Shown in pieces: positions 22,514 to 34,576 of a DNA stretch of 64,000 bases. Location: NCBI GenBank assembly GCA_964247055.1, contig OZ176052.1, positions 6,510,001 through 6,574,000 on the forward strand, read 5' to 3'. Positions within the stretch are counted from its first letter, which is position 1; every line of letters begins with the position of its first letter. Position numbers and translations under genes: made by a program. The notes beneath the pieces were generated by a model, which saw only the letters and a list, made by a program, of their open reading frames with translations, searched no databases and was not told the origin of the DNA. The stretch is from Paragordius varius (Eukaryota; Animalia; Nematomorpha).

Positions 22514-22741
22514 TACCATTCAGTCAAAAGCAATATTTTTTCAACCAAACCCAACATTTTAAACGCAACATATTTAATTCCGTGTGGATGGAAAATATTA
22601 GGCCTGCTTGATAAAAAAAATGTTGCATTTGCTTGCAGAAATTTTGTTTTTGCTTGAAAAAATATTGCGTTAAGATGAAAAAATGTTGCGTTTGCTTGAA
22701 AAACGTTTGGTTGAAAAGGTTGCTTTTACTGAAAAATGATA
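22514..22741. mobile_element. MITE family C copy with an internal 21-bp repeat array
   Basis: TA|TACCATTCAGTCAAAAGCAA ... TTGCTTTTACTGAAAAATGATA|TA; internal units resembling aaaaaatgttgcgtttgcttg. Confidence 0.75.
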
Positions 22742-23785
22742 TATAGGGTTTAAAAGGAACACACTAATGGTTAACTTCTACCCACGAGTAAACCTGTTTG
22801 TTGCCGGTTTATTTTTTTATCACAAACATTTTTTATATGATCTTGCATTATACAAAACGAAATAACCTGAATTAATTTTGTCAAGTTTTCTCATTGTTAA
22901 GTTAGAGTACTGATTTTCGTACGGTAGATTTTAATTATTATAATATTATTATAAAACATCTATTATGCCACCGTGTTATCTCTGATAAAAGACGTTTTTA
23001 TTGGGATTATAGCTGTTATTTCGGAGCTTGCCATACTCTAGAACTGCATTTCACATAAAAATGTCTTTTGCATTGTAACAAAAATTACATGAATAGAAAA
23101 TGTATGACAATAACCTTATAATTTATGTTTACTTTTCTGCGTAACAAGGAGTCAGGCTAGGAACCACTGATACAATTTAAATTAATACACCATGCCAAAA
23201 AAATCTTCAAACATTGAGTTATAAAATGCGATATGCCTAACATAAATAAAGAACATTCATTTTGAAAGTTTGAATTTGGGGCCATTTACCCTAAAAAGTT
23301 TTTCTTTGTTGGCAAAATTGCGAAACATATCATAAATTTTAAGCAGTTAAATATAAATAAAATTGGAATCGAAAAAGTTTTTACAAAATTCAAATATTAC
23401 CTAAAGTTATCATCGATACGCTTAAAATCGTAAAAATACATTTAATTTATTAACACTTGTAGAATATCCATACATTTTATTAATACTTACCTATGTATAC
23501 TGACTTACGTTTTTCTTCTCATTAATATCCTTTCAAATAAACAGCAAATTCATGTTATTTTATAAAATTTAACAGTTTATTTTTAGAAAGTTACCCAAGC
23601 ATACTCTTTTCTATATAATATTATATATTTATGATTAATTATATGCTAGAAAATGTACATATTCACCAAAATTGAGGAAACATGCAAACGCTTTATCTAT
23701 AAATAATTTATGTGCACCCACACACCTCGGATATACTAAGTCAATATATATCTGTACTGCTATTTCCAACAATTTTTTTCCTCAC

Positions 23786-25232
23786 ATGTTTAAATTAACC
23801 AAATTATCGACCAAAGATTGCTTGTTTCAAACTAACAAGTTCCTGAGCTTTTATCAACTGACAAGTCAAACGCGATTCGGAAATTTTTTCCTTTATGCTA
23901 ATGTAACGTTGCTAATTATCGGCGTGCTTGGAAACATAATATATTTTTTGTGTGTCTCCAAATTAAACCGTCGATCTCATTTTTTTATATACATTTATTG
24001 TTTAGTCTTTTGGGATGTGTTGAGTCTTTTCTTCCGAATATATTGGCCCATAATTGCTTACAGCTCCAAAATTATAATACTGTCCTTTCCGGAGGCATTT
24101 ATGATAAACAAAGTTTGTTACTTTATAAACGAACTCACAAACGGGAACATTAATTTTATTACAGTGGCTATCGTGATTGATAGATTATTCGCAATTTATA
24201 AACCTCAATTTTATCGAAATCATATAAATCGCAAAAGAGTTCTCATTATCGTGATACTAATTGCCATATTTGGGGGCATTTTAGCTAGTCCCTTTCTCTT
24301 TAAAATCAATACTGTGGCAATGTGTGGCCCTAAAAACCTTATAGATACAGTTGGCCAAAATTTCACGCCTGTATGCAAACGTATAAGATTGCGATACCTA
24401 AAATTTATGGATATCAACAATGCGACAGAGTACAGATTCTCTTATTGGCCAAGCAAAACGTGGAATTCCTTTTTGTGCCCTAACAATGAAACTGTTTATT
24501 ATTTTGGTGTTTTGAGCCAAATTTGGACTTTACAGTTTAGCAACTTTTTCGTTATTATGGCGTATTTAATACCCATCATTTTGATTGTATTTGGAAACAT
24601 ACAAGTTTACATACTTTTAAAGCGAAAAAAACGGTACTTTAATTTAACAATCCTTATAAATAAGGCATAAAAATTTTCAATTTGAAAGGCAAAATATCAA
24701 ATATTTGCCCTATCGATATAAATCTAAAAATGTATATCGTTTGTTTTTAACCATTTAAATGTTATTTAACCATTATAGGATTGTACATTCATCAATATCA
24801 AGCAATGAAACGGCAATGGGTAATATTAAGGACTCAACCTTGGTCAATGTCATGGATATTAGTTTTCTTATTAATCGCTATTACAATCATAAAAAGCAAC
24901 GAAATTTGGGTATCGAAAAATCCCAGCCAAGTGCACTCAATACCGTATTTAGTAATACGGTTTTGAATAGGAAGGCTTTTACGCTGAAAAATTACCATAG
25001 GAATCAGGAGTATTTTCTTTTGATAAAAGCACAAAGCCTTGCCGTTCTGTTATGCAATGGGCCTTGGGTAATTTTTGCTCTTTGTCGTTCCTGGAATTTT
25101 ATAATGAGTGAGAGCTGGTCCCATAAAGTGGCTTGGATGGTATTATACCTTTTGAAGCATTTGTATGCCATTGCAAGTGTCTACATTAATATTTTCCTTG
25201 ATCCCGACGTAAGAAAGGTCTTAAAACATTAA
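23786..25232 (+). CDS. Class A (rhodopsin-like) 7TM GPCR, orphan/peptide-receptor-like, two exons
   Basis: Exons 23786-24633 and 24779-25232 (phase-2 GT-AG). TM1 GVLGNII, TM2 LVFWDVL, TM3 end AIVIDRLFAIYKP, TM5 YLIPIILIVFGN, TM6 LLCNGPW, TM7 INIFLDPDVRK. First ATG assumed as start. Confidence 0.85.
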
Positions 25233-25743
25233 ATGATGCAATTCATATCTGTATATACTTTAGATTTTGTATTATTTCTATATATAGTTCATTGATGAAA
25301 AATAAATAAATAAATATTAGTCCCTAAATTTTATTTAAATAAATTATTATTCGTAATATATATCTAAAGAAATTATATTATTCATATAAATAAAATTATA
25401 CTGGTTCGATATAGTTAGTACCATATTTCATATAACGTTAAAAAAACACTTTGGGTTATACAGTCTGTAATTGGTGAGAATTTTTTTAGATATGTGATTT
25501 ATTTACTTTTTCTCGCTTAAATTATACTGTTAGAATACAGTGGCCGGTATTTAATTTACGATGGGCTAAAAATAAATTATTCAAGCAATTCATGATTAAT
25601 TATATATTATCGCACGTTTTTTACCTGAGAAGGGGTTCAAAAAATGAGCGATTACATTCGGCGCATTGTTATATAAATTGAAAGTACCCATTAATGGCCA
25701 TACATTTTTCTCGAAAAATTTTCTAATTGTTCAATTCTCTATT

Positions 25744-25750
<7 letters not shown>

Positions 25751-25814
<64 letters not shown>
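25751..25814. repeat. (AT)n microsatellite next to a family A MITE
   Basis: About 32 AT units; explains the IYIYIY ORFs in the track. Confidence 0.95.
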
Positions 25815-25817
<3 letters not shown>

Positions 25818-25819
25818 TA

Positions 25820-26442
25820 TACCATTTGCACTTCAAGAGTGTCCTTGAACACTTTAAGTTGGCCCTCAAACATTTCAAGTTGGTCCTTGAACAATTCAAG
25901 TTGGTCCTTTAACTTTTTTGGTTCGTTTTTAACATTTATCAATCAAATCGTAAATCATTCATCTATTTTATCGTTTTAAGCTATTTTCTATTCATGAATT
26001 TGCAATCAATAACAACTTTTAATCATTGAGAAACTGTATATCTTCTTTAATTTCTTTAAATAATTTTGGTTATTCATAAGATTTTAACACCTAATTAAAA
26101 AATATATAAGTTTTCTGGGTTATTATTTACAATTTTTTATTAAAAACATTTAAATGGTAATAATTTTGTAAATTTGGAAAAAATTAGTTTGAAATAAAAA
26201 TATGATTCTTGAATAAAAAATTTTATGTTTAAATGAATAAATATATAATAAATAAAGAAAATTAGGTTAAAAAATAATAAAATAAAAAAATACATGCAAA
26301 AGTTATGGTTAAATCAAAATTTAAAAATTTTAAGGATCAACTTGAAATGTTCAAGGACCAACTTGAATTGTTCAAGGACCAACTTGTAGTGTTCAAGGAC
26401 ACTCTTGAAATGTTCAAGGACACTCTTGAAGTGCAAATGGTA
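25820..26442. mobile_element. MITE family A copy (~620 bp)
   Basis: TA|TACCATTTGCACTTCAAGAGTGTCCTTGAAC ... GTTCAAGGACACTCTTGAAGTGCAAATGGTA|TA, with several 21-bp repeats per arm. Confidence 0.9.
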
Positions 26443-27079
26443 TAGTGCATTATAAAATTATATTAAGAATGACATTTTAAACTATCTGGGATTTTATTTA
26501 CACGACCAGTGGAATTCATTGATGATGTTAAAAATGTGATTTTGCAGAAGAGCGGCTTAACACACGAGCTAATTTAAAATTGGACCTGCCATGATTTTAG
26601 CATTGATAAAGTAATTATATAATTCTTTAATTAAATTTCATACGGTCCTACGTTTTAGGAAAATTAGCTAATAAGCACAATTTTCTTTAAACGCGGGTGT
26701 CATATGATTGAGTTCATGAGTTTAAAAAGCGTTTAACTTAAATTTTTTCTTTATCCGGGAAATCAAACACCATGATTTATATTTATAGACTATAGTTTCC
26801 CTTTTTGTATGATCGATTATTTTACATCAACTGGAACTCTACCCATTGACTAATAAAAAATTCTCAACATCATTCCCTTCATAAGGCAAATACGCAACAT
26901 TCTTTATTTGCTATCATATTTTCAGAAATAAAGAATAGCGGCTAAACACAGGGGCTAATCCAGAAAAAGTAAATATCTATGCGCACAATAATGATAAAAA
27001 ACATTTTATTAAATTTGAGAGCTTTGCCGTTTTCCGGAATTTCAAACACACGAATCTTGGGCACATGTATTATCTAGAA

Positions 27080-27285
27080 CAGGGCCGACCCACACGCAGC
27101 CCTCCAAAACTTTGTGTGCGAACGAGAAAAAATTTGAATCCATAATTGCAATAACATCAATAGTAAGAAGGAGAAAAATGTTCCATTCCGTTTTCACCTT
27201 GAATGCCCTCATATATTTCGAATGTGGCTCGTCGTAATTTTTGAGCTAAAAATGCTCACAAAGCAAATTGTGTTGGAGATCCCTG
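27080..27285. mobile_element. hAT-type MITE (206 bp)
   Basis: CAGGG...CCCTG termini flanked by a perfect 8-bp TSD ATCTAGAA (27072-27079 / 27286-27293). Confidence 0.85.
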
Positions 27286-27660
27286 ATCTAGAACTTACAT
27301 AGGGTGAGGTGAACACACAGGGGTAGTTCATTGTTTGGCCACCCTCAGTCTATTCATAATTGATTATATTTTTAATCGAATTATGGGCCCACTATTATTA
27401 CGAAAAATTTCTAAAACCAACACATGTTGAAAAAATAGATATTTTTACTTAATAAAAATATTTTTTAAAAACGGCTTTAAAAACGGTCAATGTTTTAATC
27501 ATCAAAACCCTGCCCCTTTATTCTTATTCATTATAAAATAAGATGTTTTTGTAATAAAACGATAAATGATTATACAGAGTAAATAGAATACCCGGATAAA
27601 AATGTATGGCATAATGATGCAGAATTTCATCTTTTTTGGAACATGTGGCTCTATTAATTC

Positions 27661-27906
27661 CATATTATACACATTAAATAATTTTTTTAGGATAAGAATT
27701 AAATAATTTAATTCCATTATTATTATACCAAAATCGGGGCATTAAATATTATGGTGAAATCAGAGGCGCAGCTTGCATTTCTGCATATTATACACATTAA
27801 ATAATTTTTTTAGGATAAGAATTAAATAATTTAATTCCATTATTATTATACCAAAATCGGGGCATTAAATATTATGGTGAAATCAGAGGCGCAGCTTGCA
27901 TTTCTG
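27661..27906. repeat. Perfect 123-bp tandem duplication
   Basis: 27661-27783 is identical by eye to 27784-27906. Confidence 0.9.
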
Positions 27907-28138
27907 GCGCCCGCTGCATGAGCCTGTGATAGCGCCCCCCCTCCATGCGACTCCTTGCATTGTAAAAAAGCCAAAGTTAAACCGTGGTCATGGCCACTCA
28001 TAAATGGGTAATTTTTTATGTATTATTTGAAATTATAACTTTTAAATTAATATAAAAAATTTTTTAAAATCTGGCGCCCCTTCAACTATTGCGGCGGGTG
28101 CATTAACCCCCATTTCCTATCCTTTGGCTAAGCCTCTG
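27884..28138. mobile_element. hAT-type MITE (255 bp)
   Basis: CAGAGGCGCAGC ... GCTAAGCCTCTG termini with a perfect 8-bp TSD GGTGAAAT (27876-27883 / 28139-28146). Confidence 0.85.
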
Positions 28139-29257
28139 GGTGAAATATATATTTACTGATAGAAAACGTACTAGGCTTATCGTGCTTTTGGTTTGTCCTT
28201 ACGTGTCATATAAGAATAATCACTGTAGTAACTGCTCCATATCAGAAAATGGCAGAATTTGCGCACATTTGTTAAATAAAGTTTATATACTGAAAGTTAA
28301 ATGCTTCATTCCAATATATCACTAAAACTTACTATAAACTACATGTAAAAATAAAACAATTTTTTAAAAATTATAATTTTTTATATGTTCGCTCCAAAAA
28401 TTCCAAATTTTTTCGCAATTTCAAATGGGCTTCAGTTAAATTAAACACAAAATAGCCGATATTGAATGATAAAAATATAAATAAATTATTCAAAATATTT
28501 TAAAAAATGTATAATATTAAAAATTTATTTCAAAATTTCGCTGAAACGTTTTTCATATTCTTTTGAGGCATGATTGAAACGGTATGAAAACATTCTCCTA
28601 TTTAAAAAACACTTTTTCTATATACTGATGATGCTAAACATATAAGGTTTGTTTGTATTAAAATTTTGATTTGAAATATAAATATATTTAGCTAAATTTT
28701 GTAGGCGAAAATATATTATTAGAATTCTGATGCTTTATAAATGTCGATAATCATCGAATTAGTTTTTACTCAAATCATGCCACAAATAGTATGAAGCACA
28801 CTTAAGTGTTATTTTACTTTCATATATATATATATCAGCATATTCTTTTTACGACCAGATTTCGAACGCAATCAAACTTTGTTCACCTTTTAAAAATCTA
28901 ATACTTTTAATAATTTTTTAAATTCTGGAAAAACGAATTGGGATTATCCAAAACCGATGCGAAATGTTTTGTGATGAGGATATTTTATAATATTTGATAA
29001 AATATGTAAAAAGAATGCAATATTTAATTTGGATATCACAAACATTTATATTTATTGAAATCGCCTTAGGGTATGAAACCCCAATAAAAAGGAAATGTAA
29101 AAAATTGGCAAATAAATTGCACAATGATCACCTCCAAATGTTATTATAATTTTAGATAATATATTTGATACTGTTTACTTTTAGATTGCCATCTAAATTT
29201 TGGTCGTTAGATCTTACAAAACATTCCAATATACACCTTTTTATTTAATATATTTAA

Positions 29258-29832
29258 CATTCCGATTCAAACTGGGGTATCATACCCCACATTAAATTTA
29301 AGTTAGGATTTATAAAAAACTACTGAAGGAAACGGTCCCAATTTAAATTTATGCTTCTATCCTAATAAAAATTATATAAATATGCCAAAATATCCAAATA
29401 AAATTTTGTTTTGAAAAAAAAGTTCTCTGTCCTAGTTCGACGCCATTTTTATTTTACAAAAATTTTGCAAAATATCGTCTTCATTTAAATTTAAGGGTAA
29501 AATTAATTCAAATCTTTTATTTAAATTACATCTAACAATGATAGATATAGAAAGAGCGGGTTATTTTATATTATTTTTTAATTTTACCATTGCACACATG
29601 TCACGTTGACTAAATTTTTACTTTTCGGTTTTAGCTTAAAATAAATAATATCAAGTATATTTGAATAAATTTTTTTATATATTTTGGTTAATTAATGTTA
29701 TATAAGTGCAAAATTTGCCATGGTTTTGAATCCTTCCATATTTCATAAATAATTTAATTTTATACAGGCCTAGGGTATTTAACTACTTCAATTTGAGTCG
29801 AAGGACTAAAATGGATGTGTTGCATCCAAGTG
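29258..29832 (+). mobile_element. Non-autonomous element family D (CA..TG ends, TTAA-flanked)
   Basis: TTAA|CATTCCGATTCAA ... GCATCCAAGTG|TTAA; colinear with 49740-50285 and, reversed, 57061-~57530. Confidence 0.75.
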
Positions 29833-30182
29833 TTAATAAACAAGTTTTAGTCAAAATATTTTAGCAGTATAAAATGAGGCTTTGATTTTTTTAAATAAAT
29901 CAAAAAGTATTTATAATTTAAAAGGTAATTATTTACGAGTATAATATTAAATTTTTTATCAATGGTAAATCCCATAATTTTTGGAAAAGATTATGATTAT
30001 AATTATGAGGTGGCTATAGTATATTGGCTATTTATAGTAAGCATTAAAATTTTGTGTCTATATTTTAAGACTCTGCTCATATTTGAAAAAATAATGCTAA
30101 ATTTAATTTTTTCCAGACCCTAAAAAAACTTTCCAAATTTAACATCTTGGTAATCTTTTCTGGTAGTAGCTCCGTTTAATTC

Positions 30183-30692
30183 ATGGAAACCAAAGTAAAA
30201 CCCCCTCCAGAGAAGTTGAAACAATTACAGGAACAAGTTAGAATTGGAGGCAAGGTTTATAAAATACCTATTAAATTAGGGAACAGCTCGCCGAAAAAAG
30301 AAAGCTCATAAAGTTGTACAAACAAACGATAAAAAACTCCAATCATCATTGAATAAAATGCCCGTCAGTACGATTCCTGGAATTGAAGAGGTATTTTATA
30401 ATTTACTTTAGGTTAATATGATAAAAAATGATGGAACTTTTATACATTTTAATAATCCTAAAGTTCAGGCTTCTTTAGCCTCTAATACTTTTGCTATAAC
30501 TGGACACGGTGAAATTAAAAGTACAATATTCTTAATAATAAGATTTTACCGATTGTATGCCCATGGGTGACCAATATTTTGATAAAAAAGACAAACCTGA
30601 AAGTATAACGTTTTTATAATATTTAAGATAAAGATGATGAAATTCCAGAATTAGTTGAAAATTTTGACACTTATTTAAAACAAGAAACTTAA
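30183..30692 (+). CDS. BTF3: Nascent polypeptide-associated complex beta subunit (BTF3), five exons separated by four tiny introns
   Basis: Exons 30183-30254, 30280-30390, 30412-30520, 30543-30602, 30628-30692; introns of 25, 21, 22 and 25 nt. Product [24 protein letters not shown]|GTARRKKK...DKKLQSSL...IPGIEE|[31 protein letters not shown]...[12 protein letters not shown] contains the hallmark BTF3 motifs. Confidence 0.95.
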
Positions 30693-31913
30693 ACTTGTTG
30701 CAATGTTACATGATTTTTTTTGATGTCCAATCAATATAAATAAAGTTGATTTTATTATATCTTAAATCACTTAATTTAGTATAATTTTACGAATCTAGGT
30801 TTTCTTGTTGCAAATTGTTATGTTTAAAGTATATAATTCATTTATAGTGCGGCTCATACAAAGAATATATAATTTTTTTTATTTGCATATGCTTATCTCT
30901 ATTCAGGTTTTTCCCATTGTTCCTTCTTCAATTTTTTCTCCTTATTTTATTATAAATTATTAATTTTTATTAAAAAAAATCAGAACAACGATTGTTTTAG
31001 GATAAGTTACTTTAAATACCATTATATGTAAATATTGTTTACTTTGCAAAATTCACAAGGTTGTTAAATATGAATGGGCCTATTTGCGCTAATTGCTTCA
31101 AAACCAATGTTACTTTCTATTAATAATTGGTTTTAATCCTAAGGGCCATGTGAACGAGCCTATATTCAAGCTCATTCACCTGGATTATATGAAGAAACAT
31201 ATGTTTGAGGGAGGTGATTGAGTTTTTGAGGCGGGATTAAATAATCTTACTATTGGATGCTACTCAAGATTTTTGTTATTTCATTTTGATCAAAATATTT
31301 ATTTTTAAAAATAGTTAAATGGGAATCGTCTTTTTTTTAAAAAAATACAAATTCCATTTGAATGTTTAAGAATTCATTAAAATTATGACGAGATTTAAAG
31401 CTTCAATAGCAAATTAAATAGAAAAAGTATTATAATAATATCAAGAAACAAGTAAAGGGTGGAGCGTCTGAAAATTGTCGACTATCTGCCAGTCGAGGCA
31501 TTTTTACTCACCTGTAACGCATTTAAGCTTCACAGCGGTAAGTTATGTGAAAATCTTACCCATACATATATTTATATATATAAATAGAAATTTTTTCAAT
31601 TACCATCAAAAAAATTACTCGCTATAAAAAACATACTATTCTTGTAACACTATAATATTTAAATACGCATTTTAATATATATATAGATATATATATACTG
31701 TGAAAAAATTTATAACAAAATATTTTTTTCATGAGATAGCTTATGACCAGCGTATTCATTTGCCGTAAACTTAATTTTTAAAATATTGAGTGAAAATTGA
31801 AATTGGGCAAAAAGTTATTAAGTATAATTCAAATAAATAATGATAAAATTTGAGATATTATGGTTGATTATTATTTTGGGAGATATTTTCTATATATAAT
31901 ATACAGTATAGAG

Positions 31914-34291
31914 CAGTGATACTCAAACCGCGGGCCGCATGCGGCCCTAAGAGCGCTTTAAAATTGCCCTATGACCATATTGATACTTAAATTCTTTTTT
32001 TTATTGATGAATTTTTAAAATATGCATAATCGGATTTTCGATTATTTCAATATTAATTTATTTTATTTAAATTTAATTTAAATAATTTCATTATAACCCA
32101 ATTTGAAATGTATAAAGATTTCCCTACATTAAGATGATTTCAAAATTTTGGCACACATTGTTTTTGTTTCTGCATTCTATTTTCTTTTATATTTTTGTAG
32201 CATTCCTTTTTTGTATTTAAGCAAGCTTTTCACCCATTGCACATACATTTCATTGCTATCCTGCATCATTTTTATAACTCATTCCTATAAAATATTTTTT
32301 AAAACAACATCATTTAATTTCGACCTATTTATAGCATAATGCAAATTAAATTCCTTTTTTAAAAAAAATACCATAATATTTTGACATAAATTCAAAGGAT
32401 GACATCTAATTAAATTATCCGATGTAAATCGCTTCTTTTAAAAAGAGAATGGGAAAAGTCTTTGCTTAAATAAAAATGTCACCCTTATATGTAAGGACAA
32501 CATAATTAAAATACAATATTGAAAAACATTTTACCATCCATCATTCTCACAAATTACCAGAAAATGAGTAAGGAAACGAGAAATATAAAAAAATTAAGGA
32601 AGTATACCAGGAAGAAATATCTATTATATCCATATCTTTCTCTCAGAAAAAAGCTGTAACATTAGCTTCGTATGAAATTTGCTATATTTTAGGAAAAAAT
32701 ATGAAACCGTTTACTGATTGCCAACTAATAAAAGAATATCTAATAAATGGTTGCTTTTTTTATTTGATAAATTCCATAGTAAGATCAGATCATGAGGCAA
32801 ATTAAACTACAACTTTTTGATTCAACAGGTACTCGTCGCATTGAGGATATGTCTAAATATATTTACTATACATTATTGGCTCTGAAAAACTGCAAATATT
32901 TTAGTATTGCTATTGATTCTAGCACTGATATTAGTTCAGCTCCTCAGTGTGCGCTATGAGTTTTTGCAACGACAACATAAACAATGGGGAATATTTTAAA
33001 AAAATTCCAATAAATAATACGACGAAATTGATTTTCTCGAAATAATTAGCACTTTTTTCTATAAAAATGATATATCTATAAAAAAATTGGTTTTGATCTG
33101 CACAGATGGCTGTCCCTCTATGATTGGAATAAACAAAGGATTAATTCCTCTTTCGAAAAACAAATATTTGTAAAATATTTTATCCTTTCACTGCTTAATT
33201 CATAAGCAAAACCTGGTTTCGCGTGTAAAAGATGAATACTCAATTCAGTAATTAAAACGGTTGTGGATATAGTAAACCACAGGGGCAGAGAATTCAAGCC
33301 ATAAATCAAAAACCTTCTGAAAGATATCCCCGTGAGTTTGATGATATTCTTTTGTATACCGGTGTCAGATGGTTAAGCCTTAGCTAAATAGATTTTTTAA
33401 GACATGAAACATTATTTATAAATGATAACAGAAAGTTTGATGAGGAAATTAAAAGTGACAAACTTAGTATCTTAAATACACTTCGGGAGCAAAATAATAA
33501 CCAAATATAATCAAATATTTTCTGAAAAATCAATAATATATAAACAATATTTGATAAATAAAACACTCCTATATTTTCCAACACTTAAAACAATTCATTA
33601 AGAGAATATAAAATTTACCGCGGAGATTAATTTAATAATAGACAACTATTTAACATTTTTATCAAATGAGATGAAATTCAGATTTCAAGAATAAGAAATA
33701 TTAAAAATTGCTTAAAACTCGTTGAAATCCATGACATATGAATATATCCAATATTAAACAATTTGAGCATTTCGGTTTTGAGGCGCATATCATTGGAGAA
33801 TTCGTAGATTTTAAAGATTCCAATTTGGAGGCCATATTCAAGGAGAATCGTAGAGAAGAAAGATATGTAGAGTTTTTGCAAGATGTGCCAAATAAATATG
33901 AAAATATAAAAAATGTGCTCAAGTTATCCTAACTGTTTTTCCCCTAACTTACACGTTTGAGACGGCATATCAAGAATACATACAGAAATCGCTTAACCGA
34001 TGATCATATGGATGACGTATTAAGATTGGCATGTCATTAGGCGAAACCAAATTTGTTAAAAATTATTGGTTAATATCAAAAATAATGATTAAAATATTTT
34101 TTTAAACTAAATGGTGCAAAAAAGTTTTTAGCTGGATTACATCAGCAAAAATATTATTGTGCTGATATTAAGTATATAAAATGTGCATAATTGTCATATA
34201 GCTATGGGTTAATTGCCATTATAAGGTTCATGGCCCTTGAAAAAAAATATATTTTATTTGGCCCGTCAAATTTTTTTGGTGAGTACCACTG
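31914..34291 (+). mobile_element. hAT (Buster/SPIN, GTF2IRD2-like) transposon with a decayed transposase
   Basis: TIRs CAGTGATACTCAAAC / GTGAGTACCACTG; 8-bp TSD gtatagag / gtttagag (NNNTANNN type). Transposase remnants: GKNMKPFTD, FSIAIDSSTDIS, CTDGCPSMIG, FHCLIHKQNL, VRWLS, RNRLTDDHM, with stops and frameshifts. Confidence 0.88.
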
Positions 34292-34482
34292 GTTTAGAGT
34301 CTCTTTTTTCCTTTATTATTAAAGGGTAAGGACTTAAATTTGTATCCGGACATGTGAAGGCTTTAACACTTGCCTGCCCAGGGCTGACAGTGATGATGGA
34401 AAAATTGCGTAGTTTTGGGGTTCGAACTCTGGCACGCAGAGTTTTAGTCCGGCGCCCTACCTAATATACCATCACGCCTTCT
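34292..34482 (-). mobile_element. tRNA-derived SINE; its 3' end is split by the hAT and the remainder lies at 31901-31913
   Basis: Minus-strand head GGCGTGATGGTATATTAGGTAGGGCGCCGGACT...GAGTTCGAACCCC has Pol III A-box- and B-box-like motifs, followed by a non-tRNA body. A 20-bp TSD agatattttYtatatataat lies at 31881-31900 and 34483-34502. Confidence 0.75.
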
Positions 34483-34576
34483 AGATATTTTTTATATATA
34501 ATAGCCTAAAATTGTATAAAGAGGGTTTGTATAAAATCTAAGTTAAAATATGTCGTTTTTCTTTTAACATTCTTAA

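Noticed and set aside
19856-23169. Isolated hAT-like termini (19856, 20542, 22106, 23169) as complete elements
   Set aside because: The flanking 8-mers do not match for the candidate pairs, so element boundaries are unsupported.
25666-25912. ORFs reading IYIYIY...
   Set aside because: They are translations of an (AT)n microsatellite and a MITE arm.
25820-26442. Regularly spaced 21-bp repeats that look superficially like a CRISPR array
   Set aside because: The units are contiguous with no unique spacers, are mirrored in TIR arms, and lie in a eukaryotic intron-containing context with no cas genes.
34420-34478. Possible tRNA gene
   Set aside because: No acceptor-stem 3' strand follows the T arm, it continues into a repeat body and it has a TSD, so it is better explained as a SINE head.
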